Shown piece after piece: positions 1 to 11,034 of a stretch of 64,000 nt of DNA. How positions within the stretch are numbered: position 1 is the stretch's first letter; each line of letters opens with the position of its first letter. The position numbers and the translations under genes are program-made. This stretch comes from the human T2T-CHM13v2.0 reference genome, Homo sapiens. The notes below the pieces were generated by a model, which saw nothing but the letters and a program-made list of their open reading frames with translations, had not been told where the DNA came from and did no database searches. The stretch is taken from the NCBI RefSeq assembly GCF_009914755.1, contig NC_060944.1, one strand, 5' to 3'.

Positions 1-454
1 AAAAAAAAAAAACCCTACAACGAATTAGAGAAAAAGTAGTTCACAGGAAAACAGAAAAACGCGCATTGCAGGAAAAATAAATCGGAGAAAAGCACTTGGC
101 AGAAAAAAATGCATTAGATTAAAAACGCACTGCAGAAAAAAATTAGACAAGGGAGCTAACGGAAAAAAATGGATCGGGCAAAAACGCTTTAAAGAAAAAA
201 ATTAGAGGAAAAAGCCCCTCGAGAGAAAAATAGAAGGGGAAAAAAAGCACTTCCAAAAAAGGACAATTGCTTTACAAAAAAAAAAAATAATAATAAAAAA
301 AAATAAAAAAGAGGCAAAAGCGCTTGGTGTAAAAAGAGATAAATCAGAAGAAAGCGCTTTGCCCATAAAATCATTTACCCTAAAAGCTCCCTTTGCAGGA
401 AGAATTCCCTGCTAAAGGAATCCTTTGCCAAAGGAATCGCATATTTCCTTCAAG
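1..454 (+). other. NNAT: 3' part of NNAT intron 1, A-tract-rich degenerate repeat (also BLCAP intron 1 on - strand)
   Basis: Lies upstream of the exon 2 acceptor; recurring AAAA-GC(A/G)CTT/GCA-GAAAAA-TTAGA units. Confidence 0.85.
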
Positions 455-535
455 GTGTTCCTGGAATGCTGCATTTACTGGGTAGGATTCGCTTTTCGAA
501 ATCCTCCAGGGACACAGCCCATTGCGAGAAGTGAG
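455..535 (+). CDS. NNAT: Neuronatin exon 2 (81-nt cassette exon, alpha isoform)
   Basis: Translates [27 protein letters not shown], the neuronatin alpha-specific segment. Acceptor ttccttcaag| at 454, donor |gtatac at 536. Length 81 nt is frame-preserving. Confidence 0.97.
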
Positions 536-763
536 GTATACCTAAGTTGTGGGTCCAATCAGCTTGCCGCCATGCAGCTCTCAGCACAGTTGGAAAAGCT
601 CCAGCTGCCCTGACTCGTGGACAAGCTGCGCCCGCGCCCGCCTCTCCAGCCTACGCTGGATGGGCGGGCGGGGCAGGGGGTGGGGCGGGGGTGGGCACGG
701 CAGCACCACAGACATGCTGTGGGTGCTCTCCACTAAGGGTGGGTCCTGGGTTTCTCGTCGCAG

Positions 764-856
764 GTGTTCAGGTACTCCCTGCAGAAGCTGGCATACACGG
801 TGTCGCGGACCGGGCGGCAGGTGTTGGGGGAGCGCAGGCAGCGAGCCCCCAACTGA
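764..856 (+). CDS. NNAT: Neuronatin exon 3, coding part
   Basis: [33 protein letters not shown] is the neuronatin C-terminus. Acceptor tttctcgtcgcag| at 763; branch-point-like CACTAAG at 731-737. Confidence 0.97.
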   Translation: MFRYSLQKLAYTVSRTGRQVLGERRQRAPN

Positions 857-1745
857 GGCCCCAGCTCCCAGCCCTGGGCGGCCGTATCATCAGGTGCTCC
901 TGTGCATCTCGGCCAGCACGGGAGCCAGTGCCGCGCAGGAATGTGGGGTCCCCTGTGTTCCCTCGCCAGAGGAGCACTTGGCAAGGTCAGTGAGGGGCCA
1001 GTAGACCCCCGGAGAAGCAGTACCGACAATGACGAAGATACCAGATCCCTTCCCAACCCCTTTGCACCGGTCCCACTAAGGGGCAGGGTCGAGAGAGGAG
1101 GGGGGATAGGGGGAGCAGACCCCTGAGATCTGGGCATAGGCACCGCATTCTGATCTGGACAAAGTCGGGACAGCACCATCCCAGCCCCGAAGCCAGGGCC
1201 ATGCCAGCAGGCCCCACCATGGAAATCAAAACACCGCACCAGCCAGCAGAATGGACATTCTGACATCGCCAGCCGACGCCCTGAATCTTGGTGCAGCACC
1301 AACCGCGTGCCTGTGTGGCGGGACTGGAGGGCACAGTTGAGGAAGGAGGGTGGTTAAGAAATACAGTGGGGCCCTCTCGCTGTCCCTTGCCCAGGGCACT
1401 TGCATTCCAGCCTCGCTGCATTTGCTCTCTCGATTCCCCTTTCCTCCTCACTGCCTCCCAAGCCCACCCTACTCCAAAATAATGTGTCACTTGATTTGGA
1501 ACTATTCAAGCAGTAAAAGTAAATGAATCCCACCTTTACTAAAACACTTTCTCTGAACCCCCCTTGCCCCTCACTGATCTTGCTTTTCCCTGGTCTCATG
1601 CAGTTGTGGTCAATATTGTGGTAATCGCTAATTGTACTGATTGTTTAAGTGTGCATTAGTTGTGTCTCCCCAGCTAGATTGTAAGCTCCTGGAGGACAGG
1701 GACCACCTCTACAAAAAATAAAAAAAGTACCTCCCCTGTCTCGCA
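857..1745 (+). other. NNAT: NNAT 3' UTR (3' end approximate)
   Basis: Runs from the stop codon to the first canonical AATAAA (1717-1722) plus ~20 nt. Confidence 0.8.
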
Positions 1746-1790
1746 CAGTGTCCCAGGACCCTGCGGTGCAGTAGAGGCGCACCAAAACTT
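1640..1790 (+). mobile_element. L2 3'-end remnant overlapping the NNAT 3' end
   Basis: tgtctccccagctagattgtaagctcctggaggacagggacc...gcacagtgtcc resembles the L2 3' terminus. Confidence 0.6.
1717..1722 (+). terminator. NNAT: NNAT polyadenylation signal AATAAA
   Basis: First AATAAA downstream of the stop codon; consistent with a ~1.3 kb mRNA. Confidence 0.75.
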
Positions 1791-4700
1791 TGTCTCTTGT
1801 GATTTCTTTAGCGGCATCAACATACACTTCTAAGACTCAGCTGATGTGCCCACTGTGGAACAGGCACACTGCTTGGGGGAGGGAGGAAAAGGAGGGCCAT
1901 CAAAATTGCAATAAGCTGGGCCCCTCACACACCCAACCCCATCTCAATGCTGTCCTGTGATAAAGGACCATCTCCCCCTCTCCCCAAAGAGAAAGGCTGA
2001 CATCTTCACTTGTGGTCCTGGAATAAGGGACCACTTCCCCCTCCCCAAAGGGATAGGTGCTTTACTTGTGGTCTTAGGATAAGGGGCCAAAGCAAGTATC
2101 ACTTTGGGAAAGATGAGAGGAGGGGAAAAAGGTGGGAGTAGCCCTCCAAAGAGGTACTAGGGACCAAGGGGGTGATTTCAGAACACAAAGCCTTACTTCA
2201 GGTCTCCATCCAGGAGCCCCAAAGAAATGAGTAGTGGGCAGGGTGGACAGTGGCTTAGACAATGAGTATGGGATAAGAGGTGCAGCGTGGCGCCTTCTTC
2301 ACCCAGCTTAATGCTGCAGGCCCCACATCCACCAGGACCACTACAAAGACAATCTGCCTGGCCTTGCTACTCTGCAGGGTCTCCTGGCCCCACCTCACCC
2401 CAGAAACCTCTCTCCCCAATACTGGGTTTCTGCTTTTCCCAGCACCAGCCTCCGTATTCTTAGGAATGCTTACCAGGTCCGTGGCCCTGGGCTCTCCCCT
2501 GCCATCACGTCAGGGTGGGCAGTGCTCGGCCTCGGACTTGTCTTCCTCTCCCACTCCCCAGTGAGTCAGGGCTCTTTCTACACGGGGTCAGCTGACTGTC
2601 TCACCAAATGGCCCTGCCGCCTGTTCAGCCTTGTCTCTGGCTTTATGTGTCCCTGTCACTACACACCTGTTGCTGGGTCAACACCAAGGGAGGGAGTTGG
2701 AGGGCCATAAATCTCTCTTCCTGCCACTTCTTCGAATCCCTTAGTCACAGCTGTCACAAATACTTCTGAAGCACAAAGTACCTTGCCCCCTTAAGCCTGA
2801 TCATGTTTCCCTCCCCTAAGCAAGCCCTTAAGTTTCTTAGCCCAATCACCAGCACCTCTAAAGGCATCTAAAACTTCATTCGGTATCAGAGAATTATAGG
2901 GGTGGGGAGGTGCAGATCCCGGTTCTGGTCTTGACTTTGCCATCAATCAGCCTAGGGAACCTGGACATGTCACCTTGTACCCTTCATCTCCAGTTTCCCT
3001 CTCGAAGAGGGCCTTTGAGATGCCAGTGAACCCTAACATGCTAGAAACTGCCATCGCAGTGGCAATCAGGACTCATCAGGACTTGAAGAGGATGTGCAAT
3101 CTGAGACTTCATCTTTCTTAGGCTGGGTGGCTATAGCTGCTACCATAGCCTGAAGGTGAGGCAGGTCTCCTCTCGCCCCAGTGTGACTCATCAGCAGGCA
3201 ATGCCCACACCTCCTCCCTTCTGAACCCCATATCTTGGCAGGCCTCAAAACTGGGAGTTTCTGTGGTTTTCCACACTAAACCCACAGAATCATGAACATA
3301 CCAACATGTGTTCTCCATGAAGGCTGACCCTCCCTTCGGAGCTTTTGAGGGGTATGCCCATAGCCCCACTGCCCTTCTTGATGCTCTAACCTCAGCCCAA
3401 GTGACAAGGTAGCAGATTTCAGGGAGGTAGGCCAAAGCAGCATGGTAAGAGCTGGCTGCTCTGGACACAGCACCTCTTGTGCCCCCACTTAGAGGACAAG
3501 AGGCTCCTGGTAGCCCCAGAGCTTTCCATATCATCTTGGCAAAGCCCTTTTCCTCCATCCGTCCATCAGCAGGGCTGTGAGTGTGGCAAGGTGAGATGAC
3601 AGATTTCCAGGCAAGGGCTGCCCTGGTGGCCTGCACCTGCACGTGTGGGCTTCAATGTGCAATGTCCACTCCCCATTTGCATCCTCCACCCACAAAACCT
3701 CATGTTCTGGCAGCAAACTTAACCCACCAGAGAAGACAGTGCATTCACTTTCCATCCAGTGCAATGCCATGCAATGCCTAGATGGTCCAAACACACCTTG
3801 TTTATAAAATTTTTTCCACAAACTATACCATTAAACATTTTATTCTGATAGAGAGCAATGCGAAGAATTGAAAATGACTAGTGTTTTACTGCACAGCCCT
3901 TAGTCACAGTGCTGAACGTCCCCTTTGCCTAAACCATCATTGCTCCCAGAAGACTTTGCCCCCACAAGGCCAAGGACAGAGCAGATCGGTTGGGAAGGAA
4001 TTGGGAATAGCTCTGTGGGACTCCAGCAACAGGTGAGAGACCCTTGAGACTAATACTCCAGGATGTTAGTTTCTTAGCCTAACGAACTGAAGTTAAGTCC
4101 AGAGGTGTTTAGGTACCATGACTTTTAGGGGTGCAGGGTGCTATGTGACACTGTTACCTTTATCTGTGGAATATTTGAATTGTCACTGAAGGAAGGGATG
4201 TCTGCTGTCAGGGAAGGGCAGGGGCAAGTTCCTTGAGCTTGGGCAACGGATTACTGTTGGATCGGGGAGCAGGTTTGCTGTGAGCCATTTACTAGATATC
4301 TATTTTGAAATGTGTATCTCCTCAGGAGCCAACACCCCAAAGGGAGATTCTGAATTTGCAGTTAACTTCCCCCCCCACCGCCCCCACCCCGCCTCAGAGA
4401 TTTAAACGTGTGCACTCATGCACATACACAAAACACTAGTCAAACAACAATCTCTTTTCCCCCCGGTAACCTCTGACTTCCTCTATATGCCCCAGAGACA
4501 CGTTGTCACCATCTTCCCTGGGAGTGATCCTGTTTATCCTCCCCTCCCCGACTTGCCCTCCCACAGGGCCCATGCATGCCCCAGCAGGATCCAGATTCCT
4601 GAGCATTTCCAGAGCAGGAAGTCAGAGAGGCAGGCAACGCGTGGTTCTTGGTATATCGCACAGGGACAGGCTTGAAATGGAATGCATGTGTTTCAAAGAT

Positions 4701-5359
4701 AGGAGAACAACAACAAAAAAAGACAGTCTAACCCAGATTCCTCTTTGAAACAACATATTACAGATTAAAGGTTAAACTGTTTTTGGCAGCAACTCTAACA
4801 AGACTAATTTCAGATATGGAATTGACCTGGTCACTGGAAACCGACCAGGCTTCCCGTGATCAAATCTTTTAACAGATTTGCTTGACATTAATTAGTCTCT
4901 GATTTAAAACAAACAAGCAAACAAGATCTAACACTTGGCATTAGCACTTAAGCTGGAACTTTTTTTTGGTCCCAGCTTTGGTGTTGCCGTCCAGAAGGCT
5001 GACGGGATGACTGGACCATGTCAGGCAGGGCAGAGAAGCCGTCCCCAACACACCAGTTCCCTGAAAGGGACAGACGATCCAAACCTATAAACAGAAAGGC
5101 TGTTTCTTTCCGAGGACAGACCCCAGTCTCCCAACATTCGGCGATGAAATGGGACACGGAGGCCTGGAAGGAAACTAAAGGAGATTTGGAAAGGGGAAGG
5201 AAAAAACAACTGTCCCCCATCCCCCATGCTTCCTTTCCAGGCCATTAGTGCGCCAGGCATTCCGTTCCTTCAGCTGCCCTTGAGGGCCACTCCCCACGTC
5301 TATAGAAGGAAAGGGAAGGGATGTCCACCCTTGATGTAAAGTTGGAGGGAGTAAGAAGC

Positions 5360-6530
5360 GCCCGCGACTCTTAGCAGAGCGTCAGCCTATCACCCCAGAC
5401 ACCGAAGCGGAGCCTCAGGAGACCCTCTCTCCCCTCACCCCCACGTCCCCCCACCTCCCCCCCAAAAAAGCAACTAAAGCAACGCAACTAAACTGATGGG
5501 GACAGAATGACAGGCCTCTCACAAGCTGGGCACCCTGCCGTGGAACCCGGGGCTGCAGAGATGGTGGTCGCGCTCCCAGCCCCGTGCCCCCGGCTCTGCC
5601 TGTCTCATCCTGCAAGGGCGCTGACCTTGGACAAGGCCAGAGCCAGCACCCAGGAGTACTATGACCCACCTCCGGGCTGGGAAGGGACCCCCCAAGGCCC
5701 AGGCTAGGTCCAATCACGGCAATCACCTGAAGCCGGACAGGGGCGCCCTGCCTTCCCGGGGTATGCGGAAGGAAAACCCCAGTGACGGGGACCCGGCGAC
5801 GCCTAAGGTGACCCAGAAGGGACAATATGGCGGCGCGGCCGCATGGAGGGCCTCTCATCCCGCCCCAAGCAGGTTGACGCCACGGTACCTGCAAGCCCTG
5901 CCATGGCGCCGCCGCCACTGTCGCCGTCTGCCGCAGCCTGCCTCCACCTCAGCTCGCCACCGACGCCGCAGGAAGCCGGGGAGACGCCCCCTTAGTCTTC
6001 TAGTCGAGCCGGCCGAGGACCCATCCTGGGATCGGGCTGTCTACCGCAAACGCCTGATCACACGGTCCGAAGTGGGGGCTCATCCTCGCCCCATTTCCCG
6101 TAAATATCAGCCACAGACCACCTTTGAGGACTTTGTATGCACTTTTACAAAACTCTGGGAGCCCCGAGATCTTCAAGCCCGAATAATTTTTATCAGGCGC
6201 AGTGTGGACAGCCCCGAAGCGCGGCCGGGTCCCCTCATGCATATGCAGCAGATTGTGATCCTTACTCCGTGAGCGCTGGGCGGGCCGGGTTGTGTTCATG
6301 TTGGTGAACCCGCTTCGTTCTTGCCCGCGTGGATGGTCCGTGGACTCCGGGAAAACCTTCTCGTGGCTCAAAGTCCACCCCCTCCCTAGCGTTTCATCAT
6401 GCAGCCAAGGCTCAGGAGCTGAAAGGTCCGGGCTCAGAACTTGGGACTGCCTTGGGTCAGGCCTCGGCTCCCCCACTTGCCCCGTACCTTGGGCCAGCGA
6501 GCCCCTCGCCCACCCCGACCCGGCTTCTGT
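5360..6530. promoter_or_regulatory. BLCAP: CpG island / BLCAP promoter
   Basis: High GC and CpG density; YY1-like CAATATGGCGGC (5823-5834) and ETS-like CAGGAAG. Position ~4 kb past the NNAT 3' end fits the known nested NNAT-in-BLCAP arrangement. Confidence 0.88.
5889..5990 (-). other. BLCAP: BLCAP non-coding first exon (TSS approximate)
   Basis: The - strand reads ...ggcggcggcgccatggcagggcttgcag|gtaccg, with a donor at 5889/5888, matching my recollection of the BLCAP 5' UTR. The CDS exon is outside the window. Confidence 0.78.
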
Positions 6531-6569
6531 TGAAATGCCCACCTTAGGGCTTTTATGAGGCTTGAATGA

Positions 6570-7730
6570 GTCCGTGTAGTCATTTATTAGCTAATTAAGC
6601 ATATTCCTTGGGCGCTTACTGTACCCAAGCGCAGTGCTAAGGGCAGGTAGAGTCGGTAACCTGGGTCTGTCCCTGACCTCAAGGCACTGCCAGTCTAATG
6701 GCGGGTAGGCGGGGAGACAGTCATATAATCACTGTATATTAGTGACTTTAATCAATACATAATTACACATCATGGGAAGTGCTGTGAGAAGAAGTAGAGA
6801 GTGTTAGGAGAAATTAATGGAGTACTAATGTAGGGAAAGGGTGGAACCTCCTTGGGAAGATGGCATTTAGGTTGAGAAACAAAGGACGATTAGGGTAAGA
6901 GTGAGAGGGGAAATGTTCTAGGCAGAAAGAACATTTGTCCCAGATCTGGAGCTGGGAAGCGGCAGAGTTGGGGTGAGGTGAGCACAGAAGAAAACAGGTC
7001 AGCTACATACTGAATTTGGCTTTTCTCTTGAGAGTCAGGGAAGCCATTTTCATCAGGAAGAGGATAGCAAATTAGGATTTCTGAAAGGCCACCCAGGCCG
7101 CATGGCTTGGAAAGCACTCAGGAGTGGGTGTAGGCAGACCAGTTAGGAGGTGGTTGCAGCTTTCCAGACAAAAGCCAATGCTGACTCAGACAGGGTGGTA
7201 GCTTGGGGAGGTGAAGGGAAGGGTGGAAGATTGGACTTGGGTGGATGTGGAGGCATTGGCAATAACTCCTCGCTAGGTTTTAGCCTTGAGTAAATGAAAG
7301 GGTAAAAGATTCCTTGACCAAGACAATAAAGCCTGAAAGAGGAACGGACTGAGGGGGAAGATCAAGTTCGGCTTTGAGAAGTTAAGTTTGAAATGTCGGG
7401 GCAACATGCAGGCAGAGAGGGTGAGTAGGCAGGTTTATGTGACACAGAAGCTGCGAACGGAGGCTGGGGCAGGAGATACATATTTGGGGGCCATCAATAC
7501 AAAGGTCATGGTGCTGGGTGAGAACGCAAGTGAAAGAAGGTGGAGAGAAAAGAAGAGGAGGATCCAGGAAAGGAGACTAAGAAGCAGTGGCCAGTGGGGT
7601 AGAAAGAGGACCAAGTGAGTGTGGGTCCTAGAGAGGAGGTTTCAGGAAGGAGGGAGTGCTCAGTGGGGCTGATGCTGTAGAGAACAGAAATGGAGCCGTT
7701 GGGGTTTGGGAATAAAGAAGGTTGGTGGAC
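6570..7730 (-). mobile_element. L2 LINE fragments
   Basis: Purine-rich diverged L2 motifs (gttaagtttgaaatgtc, ggaggctggggcaggagatacatatttggggg). Confidence 0.65.
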
Positions 7731-8096
7731 TGTATCTTTTATGTTGCAAGTTAAACACACAACTACATCAAGTGGCTTAAAAAAATAAGTAGCCTGCCAC
7801 TCAGTGGCTAGGCAGTGTCATCAAGGACTGAGGTTCATTTTATCTTCTGTCCTTGTGCTGGTTTATGCTCATGGCCACAAGATGGCTATCCAGTTCCTGA
7901 GGTCACATCCAAAGCAAGGAGATGTCCATTTCTCCTCCAGCTGAGACTCAAAACAGGCCTGAATGTGGCCTCCCACCATCCTGCTGCTTACAGGCTAAAG
8001 GATCAATGCATCCATGGCAGCCACACCCAGTATCCAACACTGAATGACAAGAGGAGTCTTGTAGTGGAAGCTCTTGTTTAGAAAAAGAGAGAGCTG

Positions 8097-8840
8097 GCTT
8101 TGCAGATGCCGCTGGGATCCCCATACTATCAGCCATGGTCAGCCCCACCTTGTTCTTTGACATCACTGTCGATGACGCGCCCTTAGGCCCCTACTCCTTC
8201 GAGCTGTTTGCAGACAAGATTCCAAAGACAGCAGAAAACTTTCGTGCTGTGAGCACTGGAGAGAAAGGATTTGGTTAAAAGGTTTCCTGCTTTCACAGAA
8301 TTATTCCAGGATTTATATGTCAGGGTGGTGACTTCACATGCCATAATGGCACTGGTGGCAAGTCCATCTGTGGGGAGAAATCTGATGATGAGAACTTCAT
8401 CCTAAAGCATACAGGTCCTGGCATCTTGTCCGTGGTAAATGCTGGACCCAACACAAACGGTTCCCAGTTTGTCATCTGCACTGCCAAGACTGAGTGGTTG
8501 GATGGCAAGCATGTAGTCTTTGGCAAGGTGAAAGAAGAAAGAAGGCATGAAGATCGTGGAGGCCATGGAGCGCTTTGGGTCCAGGAATGGCAAGACCAGC
8601 AAGAAGATCACCATTGCTGACTGTAGACAACTCCAATAAGTTTGACTTGTGTTTTATCTTCACCACCAGACCATTCCTTCTGTAGCTCAGGAGAGCACCC
8701 TTCCACCCCATTTGCTCCCAGTATCCTAGAATCTTTGTGCTCTCGCTGCAGTTCCCTTGGGTTTCATGTTTTCCTTGTTCCCTTCCATGCCCAGGTGGAT
8801 TGCAGAGTTTATGATTATGAAATAAAAACTAACAAAAAAA
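8097..8840 (+). pseudogene. Processed pseudogene of cyclophilin A (PPIA; probably PPIAP3)
   Basis: Intronless PPIA-like frame from ATG 8135 to TAA 8639. Premature TAA at codon 48 (8276-8278); 7-bp duplication frameshift AAAGAAG (8531-8544). PPIA-like 3' UTR, AATAAA at 8821, A-rich tail. TSD GAAAAAGAGA(GA)GCTG at 8081-8096 / 8841-8854. Confidence 0.95.
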
Positions 8841-8859
8841 GAAAAAGAGAGCTGAATGT

Positions 8860-9435
8860 TGAGAGGCTGTGGAGCAACAAATTCTTGCAGTGCTGACGGC
8901 AGAGCAAATTGGTACAGCCACTTTGGAAAACCAGCATCTACAAAATCTAAACATACACCTATGCTGTGATCTAGAATTTCCACTCCTAGGTATGTACCCG
9001 AGAGAAATGAGTGCCTATGTTTACATGGAGACTTGTGCAAGAATGTTCATAGCAGACTTATTCATAGCTCAAATTGGAAATAGTTCAATGTCCATCACTG
9101 GAGAATGGATAAATTGTGGCATGTTCATGCAATGGAATACTGTGTTTTACATATAAAAGAACAAACTACTGTTACATGTAATAGCACCAGTTAATCTCAC
9201 ATATAGTATGTGGACTAAAAGAAGCCAGATACAAAACAGTACATACCATATGAATCCATTCATATAAAGCTCAACTAATCTATAGGGTTAGAAATCAAAA
9301 TGGTAGTTACCTGGGTCAGGTCAGGAGTAGGGATGGGAAAGGAGCAAGAGGAGCTTTTCTGGGATGCTGGAAGGATTATATCTTCTTCTGGCTGGTGATT
9401 ATGTAAGTGAAAATTCATCAAGTAAAAATTCACCA
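8860..9435 (+). mobile_element. Old L1M (L1ME/MC-type) 3' fragment
   Basis: ttccactcctaggtatgtacccgagagaaatg...aaaagaagccagatacaaaa, typical of the L1M ORF2 end and 3' UTR. Confidence 0.75.
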
Positions 9436-9613
9436 TAAGACTAGGGGACTTCGGGAGGCAGAGGCTGCAGTGAGCCAAGATCGTGCCACTGCTCTCCAGT
9501 CTGGGCGACAGAATGAGACCCTGTTTCGGGGGAAAAAGAAAGAAAGAAAGAAAAAAGACTGGGGGCTTTATATACTTTACGTATGTTATACCTCAAGAAA
9601 AATAGAAGAAAGG

Positions 9614-10096
<483 letters not shown>

Positions 10097-10520
10097 CTAA
10101 TGCACATGGAACTCGCTCCTGCTCAGCTGGACCCTTTCCCCTCTGTCCTCAAGATTGCTCCACCTTCCCAGCTCAGTTCCAGGCTGTGGAAACACCATCA
10201 ACACCGGCTTTGACTTGAGAGACCTGGAAGGTCATTCTGCCCTAAAATTTTGCTGAGCCAAACTCAACTTCCTACCAAGGCTTCCCCAACTTGCTCCCAC
10301 CCACCAGACACCTGGAGTCACCCATGACTCCTGCTCCCTCTTGCTCCATACTCCTCAACTCTTGCCCATTGCTCCTGAATTTCCTTTAGGCCTTTTCTGT
10401 CCCCACTGCCAAAGTTTGGTCCAGGCCACCATCCCTTCTCCCCTGAACCCTGCAGCAACCTCCTCACTGGTCTCTCTGCTGCCTGTCTCACCCAGAACCT
10501 TCATCTTCCACCCAGGATGA

Positions 10521-10820
<300 letters not shown>

Positions 10821-11034
10821 CAGGATGATCTTTGTAAAATGACCTTGTCACTCTTCTTGAGGTGGTGTCCCCTGTCCCCTGTCCTCATCTGTCAAGATCT
10901 TCCCCAGTCTTTAAAGGCCCAGATCAAATGCCACCTCCTCCATGAAGCCTTTGCATTCATTCATCAAATATTTTTTGGTTACCTAAAATGTGCCAGGCAC
11001 TGTGCTAGGCATGGAAGATAGAAAAGAGAATAAG

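Noticed and set aside
425-1490. Long ORFs overlapping NNAT (547-993, 549-1004, 733-1302, 987-1490)
   Set aside because: GC-rich by-products crossing intron 2 and the 3' UTR; only the spliced 455-535 and 764-856 frames match neuronatin.
1765-1782. CTCF-like GCAGTAGAGGCGCA after the NNAT polyA site
   Set aside because: One base short in the G-rich core; poor match.
3066-3165. Possible cryptic BLCAP exon (- strand acceptor cctcaccttcag at ~3150)
   Set aside because: No clear matching donor or other support visible.
1-5888. BLCAP CDS and its A-to-I editing duplex
   Set aside because: The coding exon lies beyond the left edge of the window, so no pairing partner can be assessed here.
5661-6272. 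203-aa + strand ORF antisense to BLCAP exon 1
   Set aside because: Lies in a stop-poor CpG island with a weak Kozak context and no recognisable domain; would need Ribo-seq or PhyloCSF support.
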